Below, piece by piece: positions 50,246 through 63,285 of a DNA stretch of 64,000 bases. Below the pieces are notes generated by a model. It was not told the DNA's origin, made no database searches, and saw nothing but the letters and a program-made list of their open reading frames with translations. Position 1 is the stretch's first letter; the number at the start of each line of letters is the position of its first letter. Source of the stretch: Antedon mediterranea (Eukaryota > Animalia > Echinodermata); NCBI RefSeq assembly GCF_964355755.1, contig NC_092675.1, positions 21,424,912 through 21,488,911 on the forward strand, given 5' to 3'. The position numbers and the translations under genes are program-made.

Positions 50246-53200
50246 GACTCCAGGCTTACATAGGAGTCTTAGCCTGCTACAGTTTTAGGCTTAGGCCCCC
50301 TATGCTACTGCAAACATCCTAGACAGTTGGCCTAGGAAAGCATATTTAAAGTCAAAATTATGACACTTCAATGAATCTCTAAACAAGAACAACTACTTAG
50401 CTTCGTGCGCATGTAGTAACAATCTCAGTAACTTTCTTTGCAAACAGCAAATTCACTGTGAATTGCAAGCTCTTTGTCAGACATGTTTACTTTTTCATGT
50501 CTCGAAAAGAAATGATGATGGTGAATTGTAGGGATGTTCCCACTTGAGGTTTGTGGACTGTACCATTTAGAGAGAGGGGTGTTCAATGAATTTTCTACTT
50601 TCGAGTATATCTCGCTCTTCGAGGAGAAATATGGCATTTGTCGGTTTATCCAGGTAAGCTAGGCACGTAATAGACTAAAAAGACATTTTCTTGGAAGAAA
50701 AATTCTATTGACCTGGATTCAAAAGTTTAGAAAAAGTCTAATTTAAAGCAACAAATAGAATTATAATTGTTTGTATGTTAAAAGTATAAGAAAAATTTCA
50801 TTTCAAAACAGCTTTGTTAATAGACGAATAACACAAGGTGTAGGGTTTGACTAGGTAGGAGCACAAGTGAAAAAATTTATAATAATACTGTTTCACGTAA
50901 AGTCCAGTGTCAAGTGGTTGAACTAAATGGAACAATTTTAAAGAAAACACTCCCAATTTTGAAAGGAGTTTATAGCAGCAGATTTTGTATTGGGTGATCA
51001 GCTTTTACTTGTAATACATAGGCTACTGTAGATAAATTTGCATGAAATCATTTTGGTGTGGTAAAGGAGAGAGAGAGGGGATGCCAATACTATGCATCAC
51101 TATGGTAATTATGCCTAATGGAATAAGAAAATAAACCTATATTAATTGTCTGTTGGGAGGGATAATTTGTGGAAAAGCATTTGCTTGTCACATTGACGAA
51201 CGTGAGTAACGAGAGCTCTGGGAAAATGATGAGATGAGAAATTACCGACTTAAACACAGAGATGCTGACTGACATTCAGATCAACTTTGCATGTAACAGC
51301 TACGCTGTAGAAATAATATATGGCGACTAATAGTGGGTAATTTAAAAGCAAAAGCAAACAGATTAAAGCTGAACAGAATTAAAGGGTTATAGCAAAGTTG
51401 TTGAATTAATTTTCAGAAGGAGAATAATCCCTTAAAATTCAAGAACTTTGTAAACATTTTGAAATTTAAGAAACTGAACGGTTGCACTACAGTAGTAACT
51501 TTCTCCACTTAAATAAAAAATAAATAATAAAAACTAATACATTTTACATTTCTTCTATGGTATTTCAACTCAACAATTTTATGTGCCTGTAGATGAGTCT
51601 AGACAGTTTACTAATTATACAATAGTGATGACCTAAGAAAATATAAAAACAACTGGTTGAGAATTATAGTACTTAAGAGACAAGTAAATGGCGAGCTGCG
51701 GGGGAGGGACACGTTCTGCAGTGAACTGCCAAAAAGAAAGAAAAAAACTCAATTGAAATGTTCATTACAGAAATAGTGTGAGAATACTTTACAAGCAATT
51801 AAAGTAGGACTTTTTCAAGCTTTAGATCATTTTTTTAAACAGTTTACTCAAACCAGAAGGAGTGGAAAGCGGTTATTTAATTATTTTGTATTGAGATGCA
51901 GCCATCTTGGTAAACATCAATTGGTTTTCAATTGATAACAATTAATATGATTTGTGCAAACCAAACATTACTTATAGTCCAATATTTTTCAAATAACCAA
52001 AAAATAGATGGAAATATGGATGCATGACATTAAACTAAGGTACATTGCTTTCAATTTGTAGGAATAAAACTGCCTAGTGGAAAACCATATGAGTGGAACA
52101 ACTATTGACTAATAATAGTGAAAATGTCATGTCTAGTGTGGATTATGCTCTTTAAACACAATGTTCAGACTCTTGTTGTGTAATCATTTCAGATGCAAAT
52201 GAGAAATAAATGCAAATCCAGTCAAATCATAACTGTTACAAAACTAATAATGCAACATTTAAAACACTAATTTATAGACAATTTTCAGACAATAATTTCC
52301 AAAACAACGAAGATACAAAGACACAAACCAACAGACAGCTAATTACAATAATTAACCTTGTTAGGGATTTGATGGTTTTGCATAAATGGATTTTCACACT
52401 TCAGATAATTCTACACTGTACACATTATTTCTCAATTATCATCTGTTTTCTGAACATCGACCCGAGCAAAGGTTTAGGAAAATAGATTGGTGAAGTCTGA
52501 TGATTTAATTAGAAACCTAAAAAGAGCAAAAATATGACAACTTGTACAATAGTAGTTACTGCATGTGCTGCATGATATCTGTTTTAAAGTCATTTACCTA
52601 CAAACAAGTTCAAATCGTTGTGTCTATAAACACACAGTCAGCCAAGAATGTTTACAACTATTTGTCCCCATAGCCTAATAATATAATTTATAAAAGGAAA
52701 CTGTATGTTCCTGTAACCTGTTATAAGCGTACAATAAACTCTAGTGGATGAGAATGAAAGCGGTAAAGAAAATCTTAATATGCAACTCCATAGATTTTTA
52801 ACCATTGAATCACTCATTGATAAAAGATTAAGGGCAGACAGAAATTGCTGTCACTGCCAACAATCATCATTGATATACGATCCATTCTTTAATTATAACT
52901 ATTTCATAGCATCTGAAAGTTGAAAAATAAGACATATTTAAAGGCAAGGCTGTTCATAAGAATATAGTGCTCTATAAATCTAAACTTAAAATACTATTAA
53001 GTACTGAATAAAACGACTGTGCTATGCTATTAGTACAAAGTACATTATTATTTGAGTGCCAATTTCAATTTGATTGAGTTGGGACATACAAAACACAAAT
53101 GTTAAAATTCTCCACATAAATGTACATCTCCCATGAAGCAGCTGGCACTGGCAGGAATTTGCTCATTTTAAAATATATCTGGGTTTTTAAGGGACAGAGA

Positions 53201-54082
53201 CAAACGGGGTATATTTTGAAGTCGACTTAATGGTAAAAAGACAAAATCCAACCAAAATCATCTTCATCATGAACCATAAAACATGGGTAAATGTTCAGTA
53301 TCATCATAGGGCCCGTTTCTGCTGCCAACCCAAAATATACCGTATAAATATACCGTATAAATATACCGTATATATACCGTATATGAAATTCGTGCACCGT
53401 TTCCGCTGCACATACTTCGTGGGTGGGTTGTAAAAAAGTTGGCTTTCATTACCCAAAATTCATTTCGTGAGACGGAAGTATGGATTGACCTCGTGTAGTG
53501 AGGTTTTTACCTACTCAAAACGTCGTAGCATTGCTTTCTATTTTAAATCTAATGAGCAGAAGTGGCAACGAATTTACACCGCACATACAAGCACAATCTA
53601 GAAATGTCACTATAAATAAACTCTGTTATTCAAATTGAGTTTATATTATGCTATATTATCCTATATTGTCGTTTTAATTTCCATTTTCTATTATACAGTA
53701 TTTTACCATGATTTTACATCACGTTATTGTCGTGTAAGAACATTCGATTTATTGTAATTAAAATCTCGGTATCTCTTCTGTTGCCATGCAGTCTCCCCCC
53801 AACCTTCGCTTCCCCCCACAATTGAATTGCAAAAATAGTGATTTGTTCGGTCCACAGTGACATTTTGATCTGTTTTGCTTTTACACGTGTGTTTCAACTT
53901 TCAATGCAGCAGAAAAACCAAAACAAACGCGTCGCGCTCTGATAGTTTTTGACCTCGTGTCATGAGTCGGGTCACATTTACGGTATATTTTGAGTGCAGC
54001 AGAAACGGGGAACGAAATATACGGTATATTTTTTAATATACCGTATAATATCCACAAACGATGGGGATATTTATGCAGTATA

Positions 54083-55774
54083 CAGGCCTCGAATTTTACC
54101 GCGGCCACCGCGGCCAGTGCCGTCGGTGCCCTCCCAGTTGGCCTCAATGCCCTCGAAAATTAATAGCACCCACGGCCACTACTGGCCTGCCCTTTTTTTT
54201 GCGTTGGCCGTGAGTGCCCTTCCCGAGTTTTACCACAATAAAAACCACTGAAGTAGATAGAAAATAATGTCAAGAATATCGGACGAGACGCAAAACTATC
54301 GCCTGTCTTCGTTGCAAGGGGATTTCCCTAAACGCATTTAGAGAAAACATCGAACATATTATTTATATAACCAAAACAATATCGTCCCGGCCGCCGTGCG
54401 TGGTAAATAATGGTATAGATAGTACATTAAAATACAGGGGTGTACACTTTTAATAATAAAGCTAAAAACGTTCCTCGATCGGAGGTCACTGAAAGTATTA
54501 AAGTCGCACCACCCCCGCCTCAATAATCGAGCTAGCCGCCTTCGTTGAAAAAAAAATTACACACACTCCTTGTCCTATCCTCCCGCCGCCGATCCGATCA
54601 ACAAACACACACGATTCAATACATTGGGAAAACAATTCCATTTGACGCACACGCACCCTCTGATAAGAAATTTCACACGACGTCGTCGTCGTACGTGTGA
54701 GTACGAAGGATCGGTCGTTGGAAAAACAATTCCTTTTGACGTACACGCACCCTCTGATATGAAAATACCATGTGCGTTCCTGCATGGTGTAGTCCATTCC
54801 ATTATACGTGTAAAATTAGGGGTGTCAACTTTTAGTACTAAAGTTAAACCGGTACCTCAACCCGAAGATCGTTGGAAGTATATTATATTTATATTTTATC
54901 GCACCCACCTCAATAATCCAGCCGACAGATCATCGAAAAATCTTGTTTAACGACGTCGTACACTAAATTAACAAACGCGTTTTTACCGAACTCAAGGAAA
55001 TGGTATAATCCACAATACACGTGCAGAAGGCTAAACAGAGAGAGAGAGAGAGAGAGAGAGGGGTCGGCGTCCGTCCGTGTTTTGAATTCTTATGAATATG
55101 GATTATACTAACAAAAAAGCTTCAGAAATCGAAACTCGGAAAATAACAATAATTTATATTCTACAACATAATGTCATTGGCTTGATTTTTACTGTGGTTA
55201 ACACTCTGTGTATGAATAGTTGTAGTTAAGGCCTACAAACAAATTGTTTTTGTAACCTGTGTTCTCCGTCCGCTGCGCCTTAGTGCTGCTAAGTGCTTGC
55301 TGTTGTTAGGGTCTTTACCCGTTGGGCCTGGCTTCACATGCCTTTTTTTGATCGCATTGTTTGAAACTAAACGAAACAACTGTGAACGCTAAACATCGTA
55401 CCTTAATAATTATTATTTATATGGATCGTAAATACACGTAATATTTATATATAATGAAATACAAAAAGATGTAGACAGTCCTCTCCTCCTACTACTACTA
55501 CGCAATCTGATGAATAGGGGAAATTCCCCCAAAAATGTTTGCGGGTAGAATTTTTTTTTTTTTTGAAAAAAATTCCACCCGGCGCTCAACCGGAAACAAG
55601 CTATTTTTAAATTTTGGCCTAGTTATTAAAATATTTTTTAATTTTGGCCTTGGTGCCCCTTCGATTTAAAACAAATGGCCTTGGTGCCCTCCCATTTGGC
55701 CTTGGTGCCCCTCAAATCAACGAAAACCGGAGGCCAAATGGCCTTGCCCCTAAAATCCCCAAATTCGAGGCCTG
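54083..55774. mobile_element. hAT-like non-autonomous element (1692 bp) nested in the 53309 element
   Basis: Perfect 14-bp TIR caggcctcgaattt / aaattcgaggcctg; agtata on both flanks; subterminal ggccttggtgccc repeats. Confidence 0.85.
55037..55060. repeat. (AG)n microsatellite
   Basis: About 12 AG units inside the nested element. Confidence 0.9.
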
Positions 55775-56880
55775 AGTATATATACCGCAAATATATACGG
55801 TATATTTTTTATGAGACCCATTTCTGCTGCCAAAAAATTTACCGTATATAAAATATACCGTATATATACGGTATATTTTTGGCAGCAGAAACGGGGCCAT
55901 AGAATAGAAGAATTCAATCTAACCGCTCAGGTTCAAGGTCAACTTGGGTCATGCCACCTTGGTCCCAAGTAGGGGTAGGACTGAGTTGACCTGAGTTGAC
56001 CTGCGTCCAAATAGTGCATCTGTGACTATCTGAAAATCATCTTAGCGTAGAATGTGCACTACAGCTCAAGTATGTAGTATTATATTAATTTTTTTTTAAC
56101 CAAACCAAAAGTCAATGTGTCATTATTATACCTTAATCCGACAAAATAATTATTCCCGAAATAAAATCAGAATATTGAAAAGATTTGACTGTAGTTGTTT
56201 TCATAGGTAATAATGACAAGGGCTGTAACAATAATGCTATATGAATTACCAAGAGACCAACTCTGGCAATGTAGTCAGAGTGACACACAAAATTATGACT
56301 GTTTTCACATTCGTATCATGTATGGTGAACATAAATATGTCGTGTCATGTCATACGTTTTTCGTCCTGACAGAAATTGACATAATTATAGAATTTACTAC
56401 AGTACCTTAAAGCCATTTACTGTTTAAGTAGGTCCATCTTTGACAAGAAATCAAAAGCAGGCAGATTTAAAGGCATGGCATGAGCTGGTAAATAAAAAAA
56501 ACTACAGGAGATAAAATGTAAAGACGTGGTGTTGTTTAAAGTATGACGAATAAATTTCTTTATTCTATAAATAATAGTCAAAAGGAAGAAACTCAATAAT
56601 GTACAGTGTACGTTTTACTTAACAACAGGTTTAGAGTCGCCATGGAGAATAGTATAGACAATATAACTTCTCTTTATAAGCACTGTCGGCAAGTACTGTA
56701 TTTTTACTCACTAAAATTAAAGTTGTATATGTTTTTGTATCTTTTGGGTGATTAGACAATTTTCTCGCTTTTTCTTTCCTTTCAGTATTTAAATTTCTAG
56801 CCGAAGACCCAAATTATCCTAATTCTTTTCTTTTTTATTTTAATAAAATTGTACTTGTACAGTAGAACCCTATCTTTGGG

Positions 56881-57359
56881 ACATACCTATTCAGGGAACA
56901 CCTTTATTTAGAGGACACACCTATTCAGGGAACACCTTTATTTAGAGGACACACCTATTCAGGGAACACCTTTATTTAGAGGACACACCTATTCAGGGAA
57001 CACCTTTATTTAGAGGACACACCTATTCAGGGAACACCTTTATTTAGAAGACACACCTATTCAGGGAACACCTTTATTTAGAGGACACACCTATTCAGGG
57101 AACACCTTTATTTAGAGGACACACCTATTCAGGGAACACCTTTATTTAGAGGACACACCTATTCAGGGAACACCTTTATTTAGAGGACACACCTATTCAG
57201 GGAACACCTTTATTTAGAGGACACACCTATTCAGGGAACACCTTTATTTAGAGGACACACCTATTCAGGGAACACCTTTATTTAGAGGACACACCTATTC
57301 AGGGAACACCTTTATTTAGAGGACACACCTATTCAGGGAACACCTTTATTTAGAGGACA
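56881..57359. repeat. Tandem array, 34-bp unit x14, inside a CAGTAGAA/GGGGACAC MITE starting at 56860
   Basis: Unit acacctattcagggaacacctttatttagaggac, near-identical (one g>a at ~57049); no spacers. Confidence 0.96.
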
Positions 57360-57420
57360 ATCTTATTAAGGGGACACCTTCCTGTGAAACCAACAAGGAA
57401 AAGAAATGTTGTTAGTCAAA

Positions 57421-57748
57421 CAGTCAACATGTGAGTGAGTGGCCGAGCGGTTAAGACAGTGGAACCGTAATTACGTAGCCATAACATCGGCAGGGGTTCG
57501 AGGCTCACTCACTCCATGGTTCTGGTGGTAGAATGAGTCTTCTCGGAAAAGGACTATAAACCGTAGGTCCAGTATACACATCTACCTTGTGTGCACTTTA
57601 AAGAACCTAGTACATCTTTCGAGACGAGTAGGGAGTTATCCCGGTGTATTAGTACATCACAGCCACTGATCATAACTGAGCCCTCTGGGAGACCAGTCTT
57701 TGACTGAAGAGGTTACCCAGTATAAATATATATTTCAATTCAATTCAA
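57421..57748 (+). mobile_element. tRNA-derived SINE with Deu/Nin-like core and (TTCAA)n tail
   Basis: A box tggccgagcgg, B box ggttcgaggct, gtgagtgag/ctcactcac stem. Core tcttctcgg..ggactataaaccgtagg...ttaaagaacc...tcgagacgagtagggagttatcccggtgt resembles the Deu domain as I recall it. Confidence 0.85.
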
Positions 57749-60240
57749 CACTTATTAAAGGGACACTTTGTTGGGAATGATGAAACTTTATTTTGATGCA
57801 ATAATCTTAAATTCTAATTATTTTTTATCCAAAAGTATTAATATCAGATCAATAGATCAGAATCTGTAATATTTAATTTCTGTCTGCTTTAGATAACTTA
57901 CACTTGACTACTGTAATTTTATTTAAATGACTACAGTAAAGTGCGCCTTCCCATCTATAAACTTAAGGAATTTTTTAAATGTTCATATATTTTATTATTC
58001 AATAACTTTACAGTTAGTTTGCTACTGTATGTTGTTACTGTACAGTAGGAATTAAACTGGCACATAGCATTTGCTTCAAAGTTAATTACTGTAGTAACCC
58101 TCTATTGACTAGCTATACAAAACAGAACTTTTAATTCATATAGGGTATGCAAATCTTTCACATACTCTCATTATATTGATGGAACAAAGAACAACGTTTG
58201 CTATATGTCATAGTAAGTACAGTACCATACTTTGTATTTCATACTATCCGATCTATTGGATTAAAAAAAAAGAAAATTCACTCAAAGTATTATTTTAACT
58301 ATCCATGTAATGTTATTTTAACTGAACCCATTTAAAAACAAATTACTTGGTAATAAACTATCTAATATTCAATAAGTAATTCAATAAATCCTTATAATGG
58401 TTTATTGAATATTATTTTAATATTAATGGTTCCTTTATGAGGCTGACCCAGTTTGTAAAGTTTATGTTTGCTGTAGGAAATGTGGCATAATTTGGCTAAT
58501 GTTCTAATAAACACACTTACAGTGTAGAGATTATGGCATACTTTGTGAATTGTTTTAAGAATAATAGGTATTACTGCGAAACGTTGCAACTGGTGCACTA
58601 TTTATTTACTGGGCAGATCCAAAATGGAAATATAAGGAAGGCAAGAAAAATAAAGTGGTAGACACCTAACATTCTATTTTGCACTGTACTGTAATTTTCC
58701 AAATTTAGGGGGAGTGGGAGGATTCCTTTATCGCCGTAGGTTCCACAATCAGCAAATTTATTATTACCATTATTATTCTATTAATTATTATTACTCCACT
58801 GGCTGAACATTTTATTCCTGGTCCAAATGGATTCCCTTACACCTGCCTTATACATACTGGCTTATCTCTTAAGCTGTACAACTCACAATATAACAAATAA
58901 AAGCCGATACACACAGCATAGAAAGAAATACCTCCCTGGAAATACTGTACCATCATATCACACTTTAATATTGATTGAATATGCACATGCAATATATAGA
59001 CAACAGACTAAGAAAGTTGCTTTCATTTAGAATAAAAAGTCTGTACTTACGACAAACTATTTGTTCTATATCCAAGAGATTACTGTAAACCTACAGCAGT
59101 TTAATAGCAGCAGTCCGATTTGTATATCTGTCAACTTTCACTTGCCTGACCTAACTTTCATTCATAATAATATAATGGTAATTGTACAATACAACATCAC
59201 ATGCTATGAGCAGCCATATGGGACAGCGTAACATTTGCTTTCCACGGTCAATACATGTGGTTTCAATCATTGGTTATTAGTTAATAGACTAACTGCTGTC
59301 TTCTTCTGTTTAGAATGGTATCAACCATTGATTATCAATCAAGAATAGAGGAAGTCAGTAGTCTACTGACCTGCACTTCCTATAGCGACTGAGCAAGGTC
59401 AATCCGGAATTGAAATACTGTACATACAGTACAGGGAAAAAAAACAAAATACCATGCTTTTCTACTCTGCAGAGATCTGTGCAAATCTGTGACTAATATT
59501 ATTTTTTTTGCTATAGAACAATATGAATGCAAACAACATATTGTGCACTGGAACAAACTTTATGAAACATTTGTTTGTACTTTATATTTTCATTATTACT
59601 TTAATTAACCTCTATACAACACATTTAAGGTAGGGTTCTGTTATTCAATAGATTTCCTAGGTTAATCCTAAACTTTAACAAAACATCAAACATTTATGAC
59701 GGCAGTCAATGAACTACTGTAAAACAGCCCTACTGTAGATTTAACATTTTAAAATTTAGAAGAAACTCTCATTGTCAAGGCCGGCAATATCTGAGTAAAA
59801 CTAACCGACCTTTAGTGGCATTCAAACAATCAAAATGGTTGGTATCATTTAAGTCTGTTACAGATTGTCATTCTGTAGGATATAGACTGAGGAAGTGTAA
59901 TCCATCTACTACTGTAAGTCTGCAATGCCAATGATTGTAATACAGTAGGAATACACTACAGTCGCTACTGTATTTGATAAATGAAATCGCAATTATTAAT
60001 TTTGACAACAGTTTTGTTGATAAATAAGAATCTTCTAAAGCTCTGTTTTGTTTGTTTTGTTTATTATGTATTTAGGCAAATTGTGAACCATAAGCGAATT
60101 GTTTCACTATCCTTCTTAAAGGTGGCAATCCCTTTCACAAGACAATAAACACAAGATGCTCTACATAAACAAAGTCTTATTACAAGTCTCTGACATATAT
60201 GACAGGATTTGAACCCAGGACCCTTGGATGGTAGCCAATT

Positions 60241-60333
60241 TGTCTACCCTATTAAACTTTATGACAGAAAATTTGACTACCATATTTGGGCACATCACAT
60301 TTGTTAAACTAGATAGCGTACTGTAGACAGAGC
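60241..60333. mobile_element. MITE family A, degenerate copy 4
   Basis: tgtctaccctattaaacttt...ctaccatatttgggcacatcac...tgtagacagagct. Confidence 0.65.
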
Positions 60334-61352
60334 TCTATACAATACAGATCAATATTAAAGGCAACATTTACAACTGGTAATAACACTGACAGTGTGTTGA
60401 ATATACATAATTCAGTGTTGATAATTTGTTATGATAACCATCAATAAAAAATGATTAATGATGCTTACACTCAATGTTGATATTAAACATTATGATCTGC
60501 AATTGAGTACACACAGGATAGTCGAGGCAATCAATGTAATTGCAAGAAAACTGATATTGTGACTTGTTTGATGGAGAGTATTGCCAGGTATGGTTATCAA
60601 ATTTCTTGGGGCAATTTACACATCTACCAAGGTACTTAAATATAGATATGTTTGGATCAAGAGATTTGGATGGGATTTCATTGTTATTTTAGATTTGGCA
60701 GGTTATACAGTTAACAGACTGAACACTTTTAATGTAATTTATTGGACTTTAATACTTAATTTAGCCATTGTACTGTTGCAAAACTTCATGTTTCCACACA
60801 ACCACAAATTTCATTTGACAAAAGTCATCCATTGTTTACGTTTATAGACGGAAAAAAAATCGAACTAAAGATGTTTGTTTTAATTATGTAGGGCAATTAT
60901 TTACATGTAGGGCTTAGATTAATTATTTATGAATATAGAGTAAGGGATTATTTATGGACAGATTGGCTTTTAAAATTGTGCAGAAAATCTTAGAGCTAAT
61001 AGATACTACGGTTAGACATATGTTTTGGTTTCTTTGGCAAATTAAAAATTGATCAGTGTATGTCAAAAGCTTAATTTTAGTTTTATATTAGTGCATAAAC
61101 ATATGTGCTCACTTCTCTAAAGCCTATCAACATACTGGAGAAGCTTATAAAAAAGATGGTAGATAATAAAAGCTGGCAATTTAGTGATATGTTTAAACTA
61201 TCTACCAACGAGTTTATGTGTACATAGTTTAAACCATGCAGGAAAAAATATTATTTATATATCATGTCCTCCATGGTTAAACAACATACTGTATACAGTA
61301 GGCGAACCCAGATGTATTCTTGAGCCAGATTCTTTCTAAGCAAGATTAACTA

Positions 61353-61528
61353 CAGTACAATTTCTATTAAGGGGACACCTTTGGGACCATACAAGGTCTC
61401 AAGGGGTGTCCTATAAACAATAGGTTTGGTTGTATGTACAGTATTGCCACTCGTTTGTTTCATGGGAGAGTATCCCCTCAATAGGGGAAATGTCCCTTAA
61501 ATAGGAATGTCCCAAAGGAGTTCAACTC
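61353..61528. mobile_element. CAGTAGAA/GGGGACAC MITE family copy
   Basis: ta|cagtacaatttctattaaggggacacc with inverse gtcccttaaatagg motifs near the right end. Confidence 0.65.
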
Positions 61529-63102
61529 TATATACAGTACACAGTTAGGGAAAAATGACAAAATCAGCAGTGTTGTCATGTTACAAGTGTTGTCAAAACA
61601 ATATAGATTATCTGATAACAATACTAGAAAGTAGGAAACCTTTTGCCATTTCTCCCCTGACTGTACACTTTTCTCAAGAAATTTACTTTTATTATTTAAT
61701 TAAAGACAATTCCTGTGACTTTGAATTAGCATTTATCTATCATAAAACGTTTAAATTAGGAATATTTGTTTATATTATAATATTTAACAATAAATTTTTG
61801 GAAATTATAAATGTTGTTCAATTGTAAAGTTAGTTATTGTTGAGTTCCTATGGTAGTTAATAATAAGTTGCCACCCGATTCATCACATACAGTATTTATC
61901 ATAAACTTCACACTTTAATATCTGACAGACCTTAAAATGTTTTTTTAGATTGATCAGTTGCCCAGAATAAAATGCTGAAAACATAAAAAAAACCTAGGTA
62001 TACTATAAACTGGAAATTTACTGCTTAGCAATATTACTTCTTTAAGTATACATTCCTATTGATTTTATTGATCAGGTGAAGAAATTCTTTGTTACATTTA
62101 ATTAATCTTAATAAGCATATCTGTTTTTAATTTATGTCCTACTGGGCTTTTAATTAAAGTACAATAACACAAAAGTGTAGATCGCTAAATAGCAATTAAA
62201 GTACAATAGATGACTTTCTCAGATCTGAATACCTATATGTGATAACAATGAAAAAAATTACAATTTTATTTTTAGTAAGATAAGTTTTTGGGAAGGTATT
62301 TTTTTTTTCTCCATAATTTATTTTTGGGTAAATAAAAGAGAGAAAAAAAAGAAAGAAAGGTAGTTTGTATAGCATTTTGCTATATTCCACTGGTAAAATT
62401 ATTGTAAAGGCTGTAATCTCATTTTGTGAAAACACAAAATCCATTTCACATGCTTGTGTCTTTGTGGTGTCACATTTGACTGGCAATGTTCTTATAACCA
62501 GCCATTACCATACTCAAGAATATGACAAATAAAACTTTCAAAATTTATTTGAACACCATGAGACCTCTACGTAACTTATCTGCTATTGGACAGACTACCA
62601 GTAAATTTGGAAAAATCCAATGAGCTGTGTAATTCGATTGGTGTTAATATTAATACCTTCATAATAAAGTACAGAATAAACATTGTGTTGGCTATTAATT
62701 GTAGTGTGACAAACAATACACTGAAGTCTGAAGTCATTGAAGCTTTAAAATCCCACAGGATAACCAGTTACACAATGATCAAGTATATTTGTTTCTCCAT
62801 GGTTCAATACAACTTCCTAAACAGTGGCTTCCCATAGAACACAGAATAAAATTGCTTTATCAGTTGATCTATGGTTCCTCTCTCTCAGCAGCTTCAATAG
62901 TAATTAATAACATTTATTTTTTCTGTAACCTACAAAATATGACAACCAATTGCATTGTTATCATTGGACCAGGATGTTTATTTTCAAGACACATCTCCAA
63001 CAAAAAAAACACCAGATTAGGCTTTAGGTAATACCCCATTAAACATGCCAAATAGTATCGCCCTTCACTGTGAAAAGCGCACATCTGAAAATGTATACAA
63101 TA

Positions 63103-63285
63103 TAGTAGAAATCTATTAAGGGGACACTTTTGGAACCCAACAAAGTATCCCTGTAATAGGTAAATCTTCTAGGGGTTGGCCGTATTGTCAAACCTTATAT
63201 CCCGCCTTGCTCATTTCACAGGAATGAATACAGTAGGGTGTCCACTGAATATACAAGTTTCCCAAAGGAAAGGGGTATTCTACAG
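63103..63285. mobile_element. CAGTAGAA/GGGGACAC MITE family copy
   Basis: tagtagaaatctattaaggggacac...gttggccgta...gtgtccactgaata, colinear with the 10645 copy. Confidence 0.6.

Larger units (their letters stand above)
45307..50677 (-). mobile_element. DIRS1-type tyrosine-recombinase retrotransposon, 5.37 kb, coding-defective
   Basis: 155-bp ITRs (45344-45498 / 50508-50662), ICR at 45533-45632 complementary to both outer ends, and RT, RNase H, methyltransferase-like and YR remnants in DIRS order. Confidence 0.96.
53309..55898. mobile_element. Harbinger-like non-autonomous element carrying a nested insertion
   Basis: gggcccgtttctgctgccaa ... ttggcagcagaaacggggcc TIRs, ATA on both flanks, subterminal atataccgtat repeats. 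Confidence 0.85.

Noticed and set aside
56881-57359. 34-bp repeats of CRISPR-like size
   Set aside because: Units abut with no unique spacers, there are no cas genes, and the context is eukaryotic.
57430-57515. Possible tRNA gene
   Set aside because: A and B boxes run into a SINE body and tail, with no canonical cloverleaf or poly-T terminator.
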